Shown here: piece by piece, positions 18,632-27,545 of the stretch | Numbering within the stretch: the stretch's first letter is position 1 | How the letters are laid out: every line of letters starts with the position of its first letter | Assembly (NCBI GenBank): GCA_049322915.1 | Contig: JBMOPW010000010.1 | Coordinates: 64,001-128,000 of the forward strand | Direction of reading: 5' to 3' | Length of the DNA stretch: 64,000 nt | From: Candidatus Zhuqueibacterota bacterium | GTDB taxonomy: Bacteria > Zhuqueibacterota > Zhuqueibacteria > Thermofontimicrobiales > Thermofontimicrobiaceae | The notes under the pieces: model-generated | The model's input: only the letters and a program-made list of their open reading frames with translations | What the model was told of the DNA's origin: nothing | Databases searched by the model: none | Program-made: the position numbers and the translations under genes

Positions 18632-19384
18632 TTATGAAAAAATAATAGATTCATCCCAGAGCCTGGAGTACTGTTCGAGGAAATTTTGATACAAATTTTC
18701 TTTCTGCTTATAAAATTGAGAATGAGTCAATTCAAAAAAGGGTCGCTTTTCCGGAGAGCATTGGTACAGTTGCAGGTCAACGCGTATCCGACCGGATGGT
18801 CGTGAGGCGTCGAAAATCATCACGGTCAGCGCGGATGTCGAATTGTTCAATCGCACTTCAACATCGAGATTTGTCCTGATCAATTTTCTCAAATATTCGA
18901 GGGAGAGTTCAATTTCATTTTTGAATATTTTGGAGGTTGACCCTTTCCATTTGGCAATCGATTCAATAGCCGGGCTGGCTGGATCGATCAAAATGAATCG
19001 GAGCTTGCATCCGGATTCAGCCTTTTTTAAGAAGAAATTACAGTATCGCGGTACAAGCTGGGCTAATGATCCCCCGCTGACAAAAATCTCCCGCGCCTCG
19101 TCGGAGTATTTCTCGAAATCCGTCCACCCGACCGGGATGCGCAGAAATGGTTCCTCTGAGCGCCTTATTTCTCCCAGTGTTTTTTCGATTCGTTCAAAGT
19201 AGCCCAGCCGTTCAGCCAGCATGCCGAAGGATATCACGCCTAACACGAAGAGTATGATTTTGAACAGAATGGAGGGGTCCGGATTCAGTATGAGATCGAA
19301 TAGCAAGAAACCAAAGGAAGTGAAAAACGCCAGGGTCAAAGGAATATTCTCTAATTTGAATAGAGATTTCACCGTGTCTTTCAT
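18632..19384 (-). CDS. 2TM + DUF5919-like (inactive PLD-fold) domain protein
   Basis: ATG 19384 after GGAG; two N-terminal hydrophobic helices, then EAREIFVSGGSL...KLRFILIDP...VEVRL...VMIFD...GRIRVDLQLY...RP.FEL...FLEQYSRLWD. Visibly more AT-rich than its neighbours. Confidence 0.65.
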   Translation of the reverse strand: MKDTVKSLFKLENIPLTLAFFTSFGFLLFDLILNPDPSILFKIILFVLGVISFGMLAERLGYFERIEKTLGEIRRSEEPFLRIPVGWTDFEKYSDEAREIFVSGGSLAQLVPRYCNFFLKKAESGCKLRFILIDPASPAIESIAKWKGSTSKIFKNEIELSLEYLRKLIRTNLDVEVRLNNSTSALTVMIFDASRPSGRIRVDLQLYQCSPEKRPFFELTHSQFYKQKENLYQNFLEQYSRLWDESIIFS

Positions 19385-19692
19385 AATTTTTTTCTCCATG
19401 AATGGGTTTGGATGAATGGACAATCCATCCAATTTTCGGTGAGTCCAGCACTGAAACACATAACATTTGCCTTTTCTATGGGGCGCTGCTTCAAAGTTGG
19501 CCAAATTAATGCGCACCGCTGATATTTCAGCAGGTGACTTTTTTATAATCCTTCATCAGGCACAGCGTGTAATACAGGGGCGTGATTCGTTCAGGCCGAA
19601 TGGGAAGGAGTTGTTGGGCAGGATGCAGGTTTCTCAATTGAGACATTGATATTCGAATGTTGTATTTTTAGCGCACCAGATTCCTCTATTCA

Positions 19693-19823
19693 TATGAATG
19701 ACCAGTAAAAATTTTGGCGCCTAAAGTATTATCGGACACACGCGTAGTGGACGGTCGCGACCGTCCACTACAGAGACAAAAAGTATTGAATGTACTGCAC
19801 ATGGTTTTAACTGGTCATTCATA
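19693..19823. mobile_element. MITE-like element (TA-flanked inverted repeats) containing a GTAG-type REP palindrome
   Basis: Inverted ends TATGAATGACCAGT / ACTGGTCATTCATA; internal perfect 28-bp palindrome GTAGTGGACGGTCGCGACCGTCCACTAC at 19744-19771. Confidence 0.7.
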
Positions 19824-19972
19824 GTATTAGAAAGATGCGAATTGACTGGTGAAAGCTGAAAGCCAATTTCGCTGAGGATATTTCAGGCGTCACTATTTTT
19901 CCGACAGGCATCGCTGCGCCGGAAATGATTCGAAGCGATGTTGCCAATCTATCGGTACCAATTCGCATTCAG

Positions 19973-20386
19973 TCAAACGTTCTTTGGAAAGCGCACGTTT
20001 TCCGCGCCACAATGGCTGCACGTCCGCTGATGCACGCATAGCAACTGCCCGCAGTTTTCGCATGTCCAGAACGACTGACAATGTTCGCTGAATGCGTCCA
20101 TTCCGTTTTCGATGGCGTCAGCCATGTTCTCGAACAGATCTTCACCATATTTGGTGATGTACCTTTTGCGGATGCGTTTCTCTAATTGGCAGGGATAGGC
20201 CTCGCAGATGCTGCACAGAAGAGTCGCGTCCCCTTTCTTCTCAGGACAGTTGCGGATGCGACAGCGACCGAGATAATCGATGGAGCCGATTTCTCCGGCG
20301 CAGCCACTGCATCGGTTTTTCTTTCTCTGGAATGCATAGCAGATATTGCAGATAATGCCGCAGGGGGCAAGAATTATTTTTTCCAT
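19973..20386 (-). CDS. DUF3795-like Cys-rich (metal-binding) protein
   Basis: APCGIICNICY...CSGC...CRIRNC...CSICEAYPC...WTCENCG..LCVH...CSHCG. Confidence 0.8.
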   Translation of the reverse strand: MEKIILAPCGIICNICYAFQRKKNRCSGCAGEIGSIDYLGRCRIRNCPEKKGDATLLCSICEAYPCQLEKRIRKRYITKYGEDLFENMADAIENGMDAFSEHCQSFWTCENCGQLLCVHQRTCSHCGAENVRFPKNV

Positions 20387-20449
20387 ACAGGTCTCATCAT
20401 CTGGATCGCTCTTGATCTTCCGACGCCGTTTGACTGGTACCATCCGGCA

Positions 20450-20953
20450 TCACTGGCACATTTCATGCCGGGTCAGAAAGCTTTCGATGTCTTCGGTGAA
20501 TTGCATCGCAGCGGCCTCGATGCGACGGGTCAATCCGGACAGATCGCTGAAATCCGCGCCATCTATGGGGTGCTCGAGAATAGAATCAGCGCCCTTCGTA
20601 GTCGCCACAAGTCGGTATTTATTCCAGCCTGCTTCCTTGAACAGATTCCAGTATTTTGATTGAATTTCTTTGTTGTAGCCGAACAGCCAGATTTCGAAAC
20701 TGCATGTCTCATGGATGAACACGATCCCGATCTTCAATCCCCTGATTTTCAATGACCACGGGAAAAAGGAAAAATAGGTCATGTCCATGTAGCCGTAATA
20801 GATATTGCCCGAGACGAAATGATCCGGATATTTACTTTTGAAATACGTTCTTAAATCCATGATGTAGTGCATCAAACCCTGATAGGCTTTTTTGATGGCG
20901 CCTTTTTGCAACTGGATTTTGTATTCATCCAAATATTCGTGGAAAGATTCCAT
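20450..20953 (-). CDS. conserved hypothetical protein
   Basis: 167-aa ORF with SD-like GAGGG; IKKAYQGLM...IYYGYMDMTYFSFFP...FEIWL.GYNK. Confidence 0.7.
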   Translation of the reverse strand: MESFHEYLDEYKIQLQKGAIKKAYQGLMHYIMDLRTYFKSKYPDHFVSGNIYYGYMDMTYFSFFPWSLKIRGLKIGIVFIHETCSFEIWLFGYNKEIQSKYWNLFKEAGWNKYRLVATTKGADSILEHPIDGADFSDLSGLTRRIEAAAMQFTEDIESFLTRHEMCQ

Positions 20954-21189
20954 GTGAATTCCCTCAATCACGGTGAACTTCGATCTTCACGCTGTGGACG
21001 AGCATGGTTCATGCTTCCGCAGAAAATTAATGCCTCGCCAAAATCATTCTTCTTGAAAATGAGTCAGGTACAAACCGGTTTCGGCGCTCCAAAGCCGACG
21101 CCTGTCACGACAAAGCGTTTGCCTGGCGCGTGGATAGTCTGCCAATCAGGCGCTTGAAACAGGGACGTCGACGCTGCTGAGCGATTCCC

Positions 21190-21627
21190 TCATCGAAACA
21201 TCGAGTAATCGAGCAGTCCGGTGTGCATGGTCATCTTCCACTCGCCGTTGACTTTCGAGTACACTTTGCACGCCCGGCCCTTCCAGTGGAAATCCTTCCC
21301 GTCGCGGTCGCGCCACAACGTGTCCACATCGACGACGGCAAACGCCCCATCCTTCTCTTCGGTGATCACTATTTTTTTTATCTCTCGCCGGTTATGAATC
21401 AGATCATGGGTGTCGAACATCTGCTGCCAGTTCCGGCTCCAGCGCTCTGCATTGTAACGACCTGCCCAGAAAATCCAGTCCATCGGATCGTGGGAGCCCG
21501 GCGTCGCCGGCCAGGGCCAGACCATGTCCGGGTGGAAGATGCTCATCAGCAGTTGGATGTCCTGCGTGTCCCAGGCGCGCGTTTCGCGATTGACGATCTC
21601 TCGTATCTCTTCTTCTGCGTTGTCCAT
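21190..21627 (-). CDS. NTF2/SnoaL-like (DUF4440-type) protein
   Basis: ETRAWDTQD...FHPDMVWPWP...AFAVVDVDTLW...KVNGEWKMTMHTG. Confidence 0.8.
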   Translation of the reverse strand: MDNAEEEIREIVNRETRAWDTQDIQLLMSIFHPDMVWPWPATPGSHDPMDWIFWAGRYNAERWSRNWQQMFDTHDLIHNRREIKKIVITEEKDGAFAVVDVDTLWRDRDGKDFHWKGRACKVYSKVNGEWKMTMHTGLLDYSMFR

Positions 21628-22031
21628 ACGTATCGCTCAGGTTGACATTGTTCAAAGGGCGAACAGGCAGTATTCAGTAGGGAATTTTCAAAGAAAGCTC
21701 GTCGATGAGCTTTCATGGTCATTCAAAAGCCGTCTCACAGAGAATGCCTGTCGTCCTTTAGTTTCACGTGATCGGCGATTACCCTATTTTTTAAGTCAAA
21801 TTTAATACGGCCGGAATCCGCTCGCGCTGTGCTTGACTGGATCAAAACGTTGAATCAGGAACCTGGTCATTTCTCAGTTTGATTAGGATTTTTGGCAACG
21901 ATTTTCGGGACGAAAATCCCGAACGATTAATATCCGGCGCTCTGCATTGTAGTGGTCGGCCCGGAAAATTCAGTCAATCGGAATTGATACTAAGAAAAAT
22001 TCATTGTTCAAATGTTACTTTTTTTTCAAGC

Positions 22032-22060
22032 AATATACAATGAATTCACCTGGATGTCAA
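22032..22060 (-). promoter_or_regulatory. sigma-70-type promoter facing the SnoaL-like gene cluster
   Basis: Minus strand TTGACA-17 nt-TATATT, directly next to MITE copy 3. Confidence 0.6.
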
Positions 22061-22075
22061 GGAGAAATATTCTAA

Positions 22076-22236
22076 CCTGAATTATTCATGAACTTGCTCA
22101 GAATTAGAGTCGACATTCAGATTTTCAATTAGCTAAAAGCTAAGCTATTTTGAAACTCAGTTTTTATACGTTTATTCTAAAAAGAGCACCATTCAGGTTA
22201 GCCAGCCTCCTTTAAAAATACTCTGAATAATGCAGG
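22076..22236 (-). mobile_element. 161-bp MITE, copy 3 (inverted)
   Basis: Reverse complement of copy 1 with 3 substitutions; perfect 4-bp target duplication CTAA/CTAA. Confidence 0.88.
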
Positions 22237-22400
22237 CTAAGAGAATTAAAAAATTGTGAACCATTTGCGTTGAGGAGCGATTGTAAGGAATTAAGTTGGT
22301 TGAATTCCGGTAGTAGGTGTTTGACTCGATTGCCCCGGGTAACGATCGATGAGCGAGTGAAATAGCAGGACAGGTTTTCTTCGGAGAAAGCGCGCCCGAG

Positions 22401-22436
22401 CCAGCTTCCCCGGGATCTGAGACCCGGGGAAGCTGG
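22401..22436. repeat. 14-bp-stem GC-rich hairpin downstream of the GxGYxYP gene (stabiliser, terminator or REP-like)
   Basis: CCAGCTTCCCCGGG-8 nt-CCCGGGGAAGCTGG; no clear U-tract. Confidence 0.5.
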
Positions 22437-22461
22437 ATGAGCGATTAAATTCAATAGCGGT

Positions 22462-24069
22462 CTATTCTTCAGCGTAGCGGGTTTTGAACGTGGGCGCAAC
22501 GCCGGCCATTTTCATGAACAGATCCAGCGGGATGAGTTCAAATTCTGAGCCGAGTTTTTTCAGCCATTCTTTGACGCGGTTGATGTCGCTCCATTGCCGA
22601 ATGTGAATGAGCAGGAAATAGGGTCGCCTCGGATTGAGATTGGCCAATTCCATTAAATCTGCGGCCGCCTCGTTCAAATCGCGTTTCTCTGAGAGATAGT
22701 AATCGTACGAAATGAAGGGTCGTCCATCCTGCACCGCAAATGTATGCGCCGGACGATAGCCGTTGGCAAACCCGATGGCGTCCGGCATACCTTTGAAGTA
22801 AAACTCCAGCACGTCTTTGGTCACATCGTCGTTGATGCCGCCGGACTCCCAATAGCTGGTATGTTCCATCAATTCAAAAATAGTCAGGTCCAGGGCTTTC
22901 ATGAGCGCATACGCTGAATCGACCACGTCCGGCATGTACTCTGTCGGAATCGATTTGGGGTACATGTAGCCAGGGCCGGAGAGCGATCCGATGAAATAGT
23001 CGTTGGGCGTGGCCATGTCGTAATAAAATTGCAGCATGGCCGGAGCCAACCACAGCCAGTTCATGGTCACTTCCCAGGCGTAGGGAATATCGCCGCGGCC
23101 AGGCTTTGTCCAGGAGCCCAGCCCGAGGCAGTCGGACTGAATGCAGGAGATGTACACCTTTTTCTTCGGCGGATACTCAGCGCCAGCCTGCACATGGTGA
23201 TTGTTTTTGAACGCGTATCCCGGGGTCAGGGGAATCTGATTGTTGAAACTCATATTGGGCAGCGTGTGCAAGCCTTCCACGCGCAGCGCATAATTGGAGG
23301 CTAATCGCACATGATCGGCTTCTTTGTCTTTGGCGTAGGAATGCCAGCCCATCACCAGGGACAGTGGCTTCATTTCGCGGAAGAGACGCCTGGCAAAGAG
23401 GTATTCCAGCGAGTCCGACGGATCGGTGGAAGCGTCGGTGAAAAAGGCTTTTTTATAAATGCCAAAATCCGCGATGCCGGGTTTCATCATGGAGCCGCTT
23501 TCACCGCCCATATAGATCAAAAAATCTTTACTGCATGAATTCCAATATTTTTTGTAGGCCCATTGATAGATGTCATAATCGCTCTGGCCGGTGAATGTCC
23601 CGCGAAAATCCTCGATGGGCTTCAGTCCGTGTTTCTCGACCATCGGAATGAGCGCCTCGGTGACAACCACGGCCTGGTTCACGGCCGCCGCTGTGAACGC
23701 GACGATCAACGAGGTGCGCGCCGAGGTGTCCCAGACGATATAACCGTTCGCATGGGATTTCAATGCGCCCAGAGCGTCATCGGCGGTCGCCAGTTCGGTG
23801 AATTGCATGCTGCGTTTGTCTTTGTAATAGTTCAAAATCGGTTCGCAAAAATTGTAATCCCAACCTTGAGCATACAGGAAATACAGCCGCGGCGCGCCAA
23901 TATTGGCCACGCCCTGCAGGCTGATGAGCAGCGCCTGCGTCGGCAGGTCACCCTGAATTTCCCAGTTGTTGGTCAATTTCATCACATACATCGGTTCGCT
24001 GTGCTGCGCGTGAAGCGAGGAGGCCATCAGCGCGATGAGCGCGATGAATAAAATTGAATATCGTTTCAT
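22462..24069 (-). CDS. secreted GxGYxYP-domain protein (putative glycoside hydrolase)
   Basis: Signal peptide; SLQGVAN...PRLY; VMGWH; LAPAMLQFYYDMATPNDYFIGSLSGPGYMYP. Confidence 0.85.
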   Translation of the reverse strand: MKRYSILFIALIALMASSLHAQHSEPMYVMKLTNNWEIQGDLPTQALLISLQGVANIGAPRLYFLYAQGWDYNFCEPILNYYKDKRSMQFTELATADDALGALKSHANGYIVWDTSARTSLIVAFTAAAVNQAVVVTEALIPMVEKHGLKPIEDFRGTFTGQSDYDIYQWAYKKYWNSCSKDFLIYMGGESGSMMKPGIADFGIYKKAFFTDASTDPSDSLEYLFARRLFREMKPLSLVMGWHSYAKDKEADHVRLASNYALRVEGLHTLPNMSFNNQIPLTPGYAFKNNHHVQAGAEYPPKKKVYISCIQSDCLGLGSWTKPGRGDIPYAWEVTMNWLWLAPAMLQFYYDMATPNDYFIGSLSGPGYMYPKSIPTEYMPDVVDSAYALMKALDLTIFELMEHTSYWESGGINDDVTKDVLEFYFKGMPDAIGFANGYRPAHTFAVQDGRPFISYDYYLSEKRDLNEAAADLMELANLNPRRPYFLLIHIRQWSDINRVKEWLKKLGSEFELIPLDLFMKMAGVAPTFKTRYAEE

Positions 24070-24135
24070 CGGATTTCCTTTCAAAATAAATTTCGTCGTC
24101 CAATTGCATCTGCGGCGCGGCGGATATCGCAGTTC

Positions 24136-24681
24136 CTATTTCGCCGCAACCCTCTCGAAGGTCAGCGTGATGGGCGTGGGACGGCTGGACCGTTTTTCGA
24201 TCACGGTGAGTTCGTTGCCATCCTTGCCGAGACGATAGCTGCGTCGGGTGATAATCGTCGTTTCGCCCTGGGAGGTTTGCACCGGCTGTTCGATGATCGT
24301 TTTGAATTCTCTGTCCGTTTGACTCCAGTCCCCGGTCACTTTCCTCTTCGTCCCAGGGATGGAAAGAACGCCCATGTACCAGTTCTCCGGCCATATCTGA
24401 GACGTCACTTCGATTTCAGTGGGCGCTTCGTTGGGGACGAAACTCACAGAGTCCAGGAATGCAATGGTCTTTCCGGTCATCCATTTATTGAGGACGATGA
24501 CCCGGCCGACGTCATTGCGTATCTCCAATTCCAGGGTGCGATGATTCCAGGTGACCAGATTTGTGCTTTTCTCCGGCACAAGTTTCCATGTCCCATAAAC
24601 GGGCAGGCGATTTCTGGAACAACATGGCATCAACATCAGGACGAGGCATGCGATGAGCGCCAGACTTGTTTTTTGTGGCAT
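24136..24681 (-). CDS. hypothetical lipoprotein (lipocalin-like beta-barrel)
   Basis: Signal ending LMPCCS; GTWKLVPEKS motif; ATG after GGAG. Confidence 0.65.
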   Translation of the reverse strand: MPQKTSLALIACLVLMLMPCCSRNRLPVYGTWKLVPEKSTNLVTWNHRTLELEIRNDVGRVIVLNKWMTGKTIAFLDSVSFVPNEAPTEIEVTSQIWPENWYMGVLSIPGTKRKVTGDWSQTDREFKTIIEQPVQTSQGETTIITRRSYRLGKDGNELTVIEKRSSRPTPITLTFERVAAK

Positions 24682-24924
24682 AATCACTCCGATGATTTTT
24701 AGAATAATTGGGGTTGAATACGAGGAACATGACGCCAGTTGAACTCAGTATGCGGCGGCCGATTCCTCGCCAGTGAGGAAGAATTAATTTATCTGAATGG
24801 GCAGCGTTGCATTGACACTAAATCTCAACGACGATGCCGCATTGCCATCCGATTCGATTGTGCGGAACTGAACCTTCATGCGAAGGATGCGCTGAGCCTT
24901 CTCCGCATGGCAACTGCGCGCCCT

Positions 24925-24953
24925 ATTATACCATTTTCAATCAAAAGAAGCAA
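24925..24953 (-). promoter_or_regulatory. sigma-70-type promoter with extended -10
   Basis: Minus strand TTGCTT-17 nt-TATAAT with TGn. Confidence 0.6.
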
Positions 24954-25118
24954 GGATAATTTCAACGCGCTGAACACCGGGACACGTTGAAACTTCCGGA
25001 CCTGTCGGCGTTATTTTCTCATGTTCCCGCGAACATCCGGCGCGCAAATAAAATAGTTGCTTTTCAGAGAAATTTTTATTAATTGAATAGGGACAAATCA
25101 GGTGAGAAAGGAAATTTC

Positions 25119-26351
25119 ATGAATTCGAGAGAGCGGGTTAACATGGCGCTGCGTTTTGAAGCGCCGGATCGGCCACCAATTGACGTGTCAGGGCATCGTT
25201 CCTCCGGGATCAGCGCCATTGCCTATGCCAGGTTGAGATCCTACCTGGGTCTGCAATCGTCGCCAATTCGCGTCTACGACCCTGTCCAGCAATTGGCCAT
25301 TGTCGACGACGATGTGCTCGACTTGTTCGGGGTGGATACTATCGAACTGGGGCGCGCATTTGCTCATGAGGACAAGGACTGGGCCGACTGGATTCTGCCA
25401 GATGGCACTCCCTGCCAGATGCCGGCCTGGGCGTTGCCGGAGCGGGATCGGGATCGGGATCGATGGGTCATCCGATCCAAAAGCGGGCGTGTCATCGCTC
25501 AAATGCCTGACGGTGCGCTTTATTTCGAGCAGACGTTTTATCCACTGGCGAGTCCGACGGATGTGGAGCATCTGTCCGACGCGATGGACGAATGCATGTG
25601 GACAGCGGTCGCTTCGCCGCCCGGTCCACTGGCGGCCGGCCCCTATGGCAGCGCTCTGTTGCAGACTGGCGCCAGGCAATTGCGGGCGCGCACCGATCGG
25701 GCGATACTCGGACTGTTCGGCGGCAATCTGCTGGAGATGGGACAATTTCTCCATCGCAATGATAATTTTTTTATGATGCTGGCAGCAGAGCCGGCCAAAG
25801 CCCATGTATTTCTCGACCGAGTTGTGGAAATGCATCTGGCCAATCTGGAAAATTTTCTCAATGCAGTTGGAAATTACATCGATGTCATCCTGTTCGGCGA
25901 TGACCTGGGCATGCAGACCGGGCCGCAGTTGTCGCCGGCCATGTACCGCACATTTTTTAAACCGCGCCATGCGCTGTTATGGCAGCGCGCCAGGGAGTTA
26001 GCCGACGTGAAGGTGATGCTGCATTGCTGCGGTGGTGTTCGCGAGTTGCTGCCGGATTTGATCGACGCCGGACTGGATGCGATCAATCCGGTGCAGATTT
26101 CCTGCGCCGGCATGGATGCGGCCGGACTCAAACGCGATTTTGGAAAGGACATTGTCCTCTGGGGCGGCGGTTGCGACACTCAGGTGATCCTGCCGTCCGG
26201 CGCCCCGGCTCAGGTGAAAGAACATGTCCGCGAGCAGATCAGGATATTGAGTCCGGGTGGAGGATTTGTCTTTCAGCAGGTGCACAATATCCTCGCCACC
26301 GTGCCGCCGGAGAATATCGTGGCTATGTTGGAAGCCGCAAATGGTCGCTGA
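25119..26351 (+). CDS. uroporphyrinogen decarboxylase family / MtaA-CmuA-like methyltransferase
   Basis: MNSRERV...PDRPPID, GDDLGMQ, HCCG, DAINPVQ, WGGGCDTQ, GGFVFQQVHNI...VPPENI. Confidence 0.88.
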   Translation: MNSRERVNMALRFEAPDRPPIDVSGHRSSGISAIAYARLRSYLGLQSSPIRVYDPVQQLAIVDDDVLDLFGVDTIELGRAFAHEDKDWADWILPDGTPCQMPAWALPERDRDRDRWVIRSKSGRVIAQMPDGALYFEQTFYPLASPTDVEHLSDAMDECMWTAVASPPGPLAAGPYGSALLQTGARQLRARTDRAILGLFGGNLLEMGQFLHRNDNFFMMLAAEPAKAHVFLDRVVEMHLANLENFLNAVGNYIDVILFGDDLGMQTGPQLSPAMYRTFFKPRHALLWQRARELADVKVMLHCCGGVRELLPDLIDAGLDAINPVQISCAGMDAAGLKRDFGKDIVLWGGGCDTQVILPSGAPAQVKEHVREQIRILSPGGGFVFQQVHNILATVPPENIVAMLEAANGR

Positions 26352-26445
26352 CGCAGCGCGTTGAGATGGGCGCCGCGCTGGCGATGTTCATCAAACCCGA
26401 TGCGCCGTGGTGGCGCGTTCGGAGAAACGAAGGAAATTGAACTCC

Positions 26446-27531
26446 ATGTTTACATTACACGAACTTGGCTGGAATGAATTTTTTCAATCGTCATTTGAAG
26501 CATACGAACAGCAGGGATTCGAGCTGGGACGAATCTCAGCGGAGAATAGGGACAACTACAACCTGTACACCCGGGACGGGGAGATCATTGCAGAGGTGAC
26601 CGGCAAATTGTTGTACAGCGCGGATAGCGCCTCGGCCCTGCCAAAAGTCGGCGACTGGGTTGCGCTCAAGCGTTACGACGCCAATTCCAACGGCATCATT
26701 CACGAGATACTTCCCCGCAAGACCGTCTTCTCGCGCAAAGTGGCCGGGATAAAGACGGAGGAGCAGGTTCTGGCTACCAATATCGATATTGTTTTTATTG
26801 TGCAAAGCCTGGATAATGATTTCAGCCTGAAACGGTTTGAGCGGTACATGGTGATGGTGTATGAGGCCGGCGCCCGGCCCGTCATTGTCATGAATAAGAT
26901 CGATTTACAGGACAATGTTCAGGACTTTATCGAGTCAGCGCAGCGCATGGCCGGGGATGCCGGCGTTCTGGCGGTGAGCGCGGTGACCGGGCAGGGAATC
27001 GCGGATCTCAAGTCTCTGTTGAAACCGGGGCAGACCTGCGCCTTTGTTGGTTCGTCCGGCGTGGGGAAAACAACGCTCATCAACACGCTGATCGGGCGCG
27101 ATGTGTTTGCCACAGCAGAAGTGAGGGAGAAGGATTCGAAAGGACGACACGTCACGACGCGGCGGCAATTGATTGTCATCCCTGAGAGCGGCCTGTTGAT
27201 CGATACTCCCGGAATGCGCGAGTTACAGCTCTGGAGCGCTGATGGCGGTCTCGGCGATGTCTTTTCTGATTTCGATGAACTGGCTAAATCGTGTCGGTTT
27301 TCTGATTGCACCCATCGCAGTGAAATCGGGTGCGCCGTCATTGCAGCGGTGGAGGATGGACGAATCGAGCCGTGGCGGTATGAAAATTATCTGAAGATGA
27401 GGAAAGAACTGGACTTTCTGGCTGAGAAGCAAAGCCAGATGGGGGAGTTAAACAAGAAAAGACGGTTTAAGGAATTTAGCAGAGTCATAAAAAATTATAA
27501 GCGAATTGATCCGAAGCGAAAATTCCACTGA
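26446..27531 (+). CDS. rsgA: ribosome small subunit-dependent GTPase A
   Basis: PKVGDWV, NKID, GSSGVGKTT, KGRHVTT, DTPGMRE, CRFSDCTH..E.GC. Confidence 0.95.
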   Translation: MFTLHELGWNEFFQSSFEAYEQQGFELGRISAENRDNYNLYTRDGEIIAEVTGKLLYSADSASALPKVGDWVALKRYDANSNGIIHEILPRKTVFSRKVAGIKTEEQVLATNIDIVFIVQSLDNDFSLKRFERYMVMVYEAGARPVIVMNKIDLQDNVQDFIESAQRMAGDAGVLAVSAVTGQGIADLKSLLKPGQTCAFVGSSGVGKTTLINTLIGRDVFATAEVREKDSKGRHVTTRRQLIVIPESGLLIDTPGMRELQLWSADGGLGDVFSDFDELAKSCRFSDCTHRSEIGCAVIAAVEDGRIEPWRYENYLKMRKELDFLAEKQSQMGELNKKRRFKEFSRVIKNYKRIDPKRKFH

Positions 27532-27545
27532 CAGGGGAGAAGACC

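Noticed and set aside
18107..21627. Run of small co-oriented accessory genes resembling an integron cassette array
   Set aside because: No attC-like RYYYAAC...GTTRRRY structures were found in the spacers inspected, and there is no integrase in the window.
21442..21982. Possible DGR template/variable repeat pair
   Set aside because: Only 46 bp long, mismatches are not restricted to adenines, and no reverse transcriptase gene is present.
25443..25460. (CGGGAT)x3 repeat in the UroD-family gene as a phase-variation tract
   Set aside because: An in-frame hexamer with three copies; slippage would not shift the reading frame.
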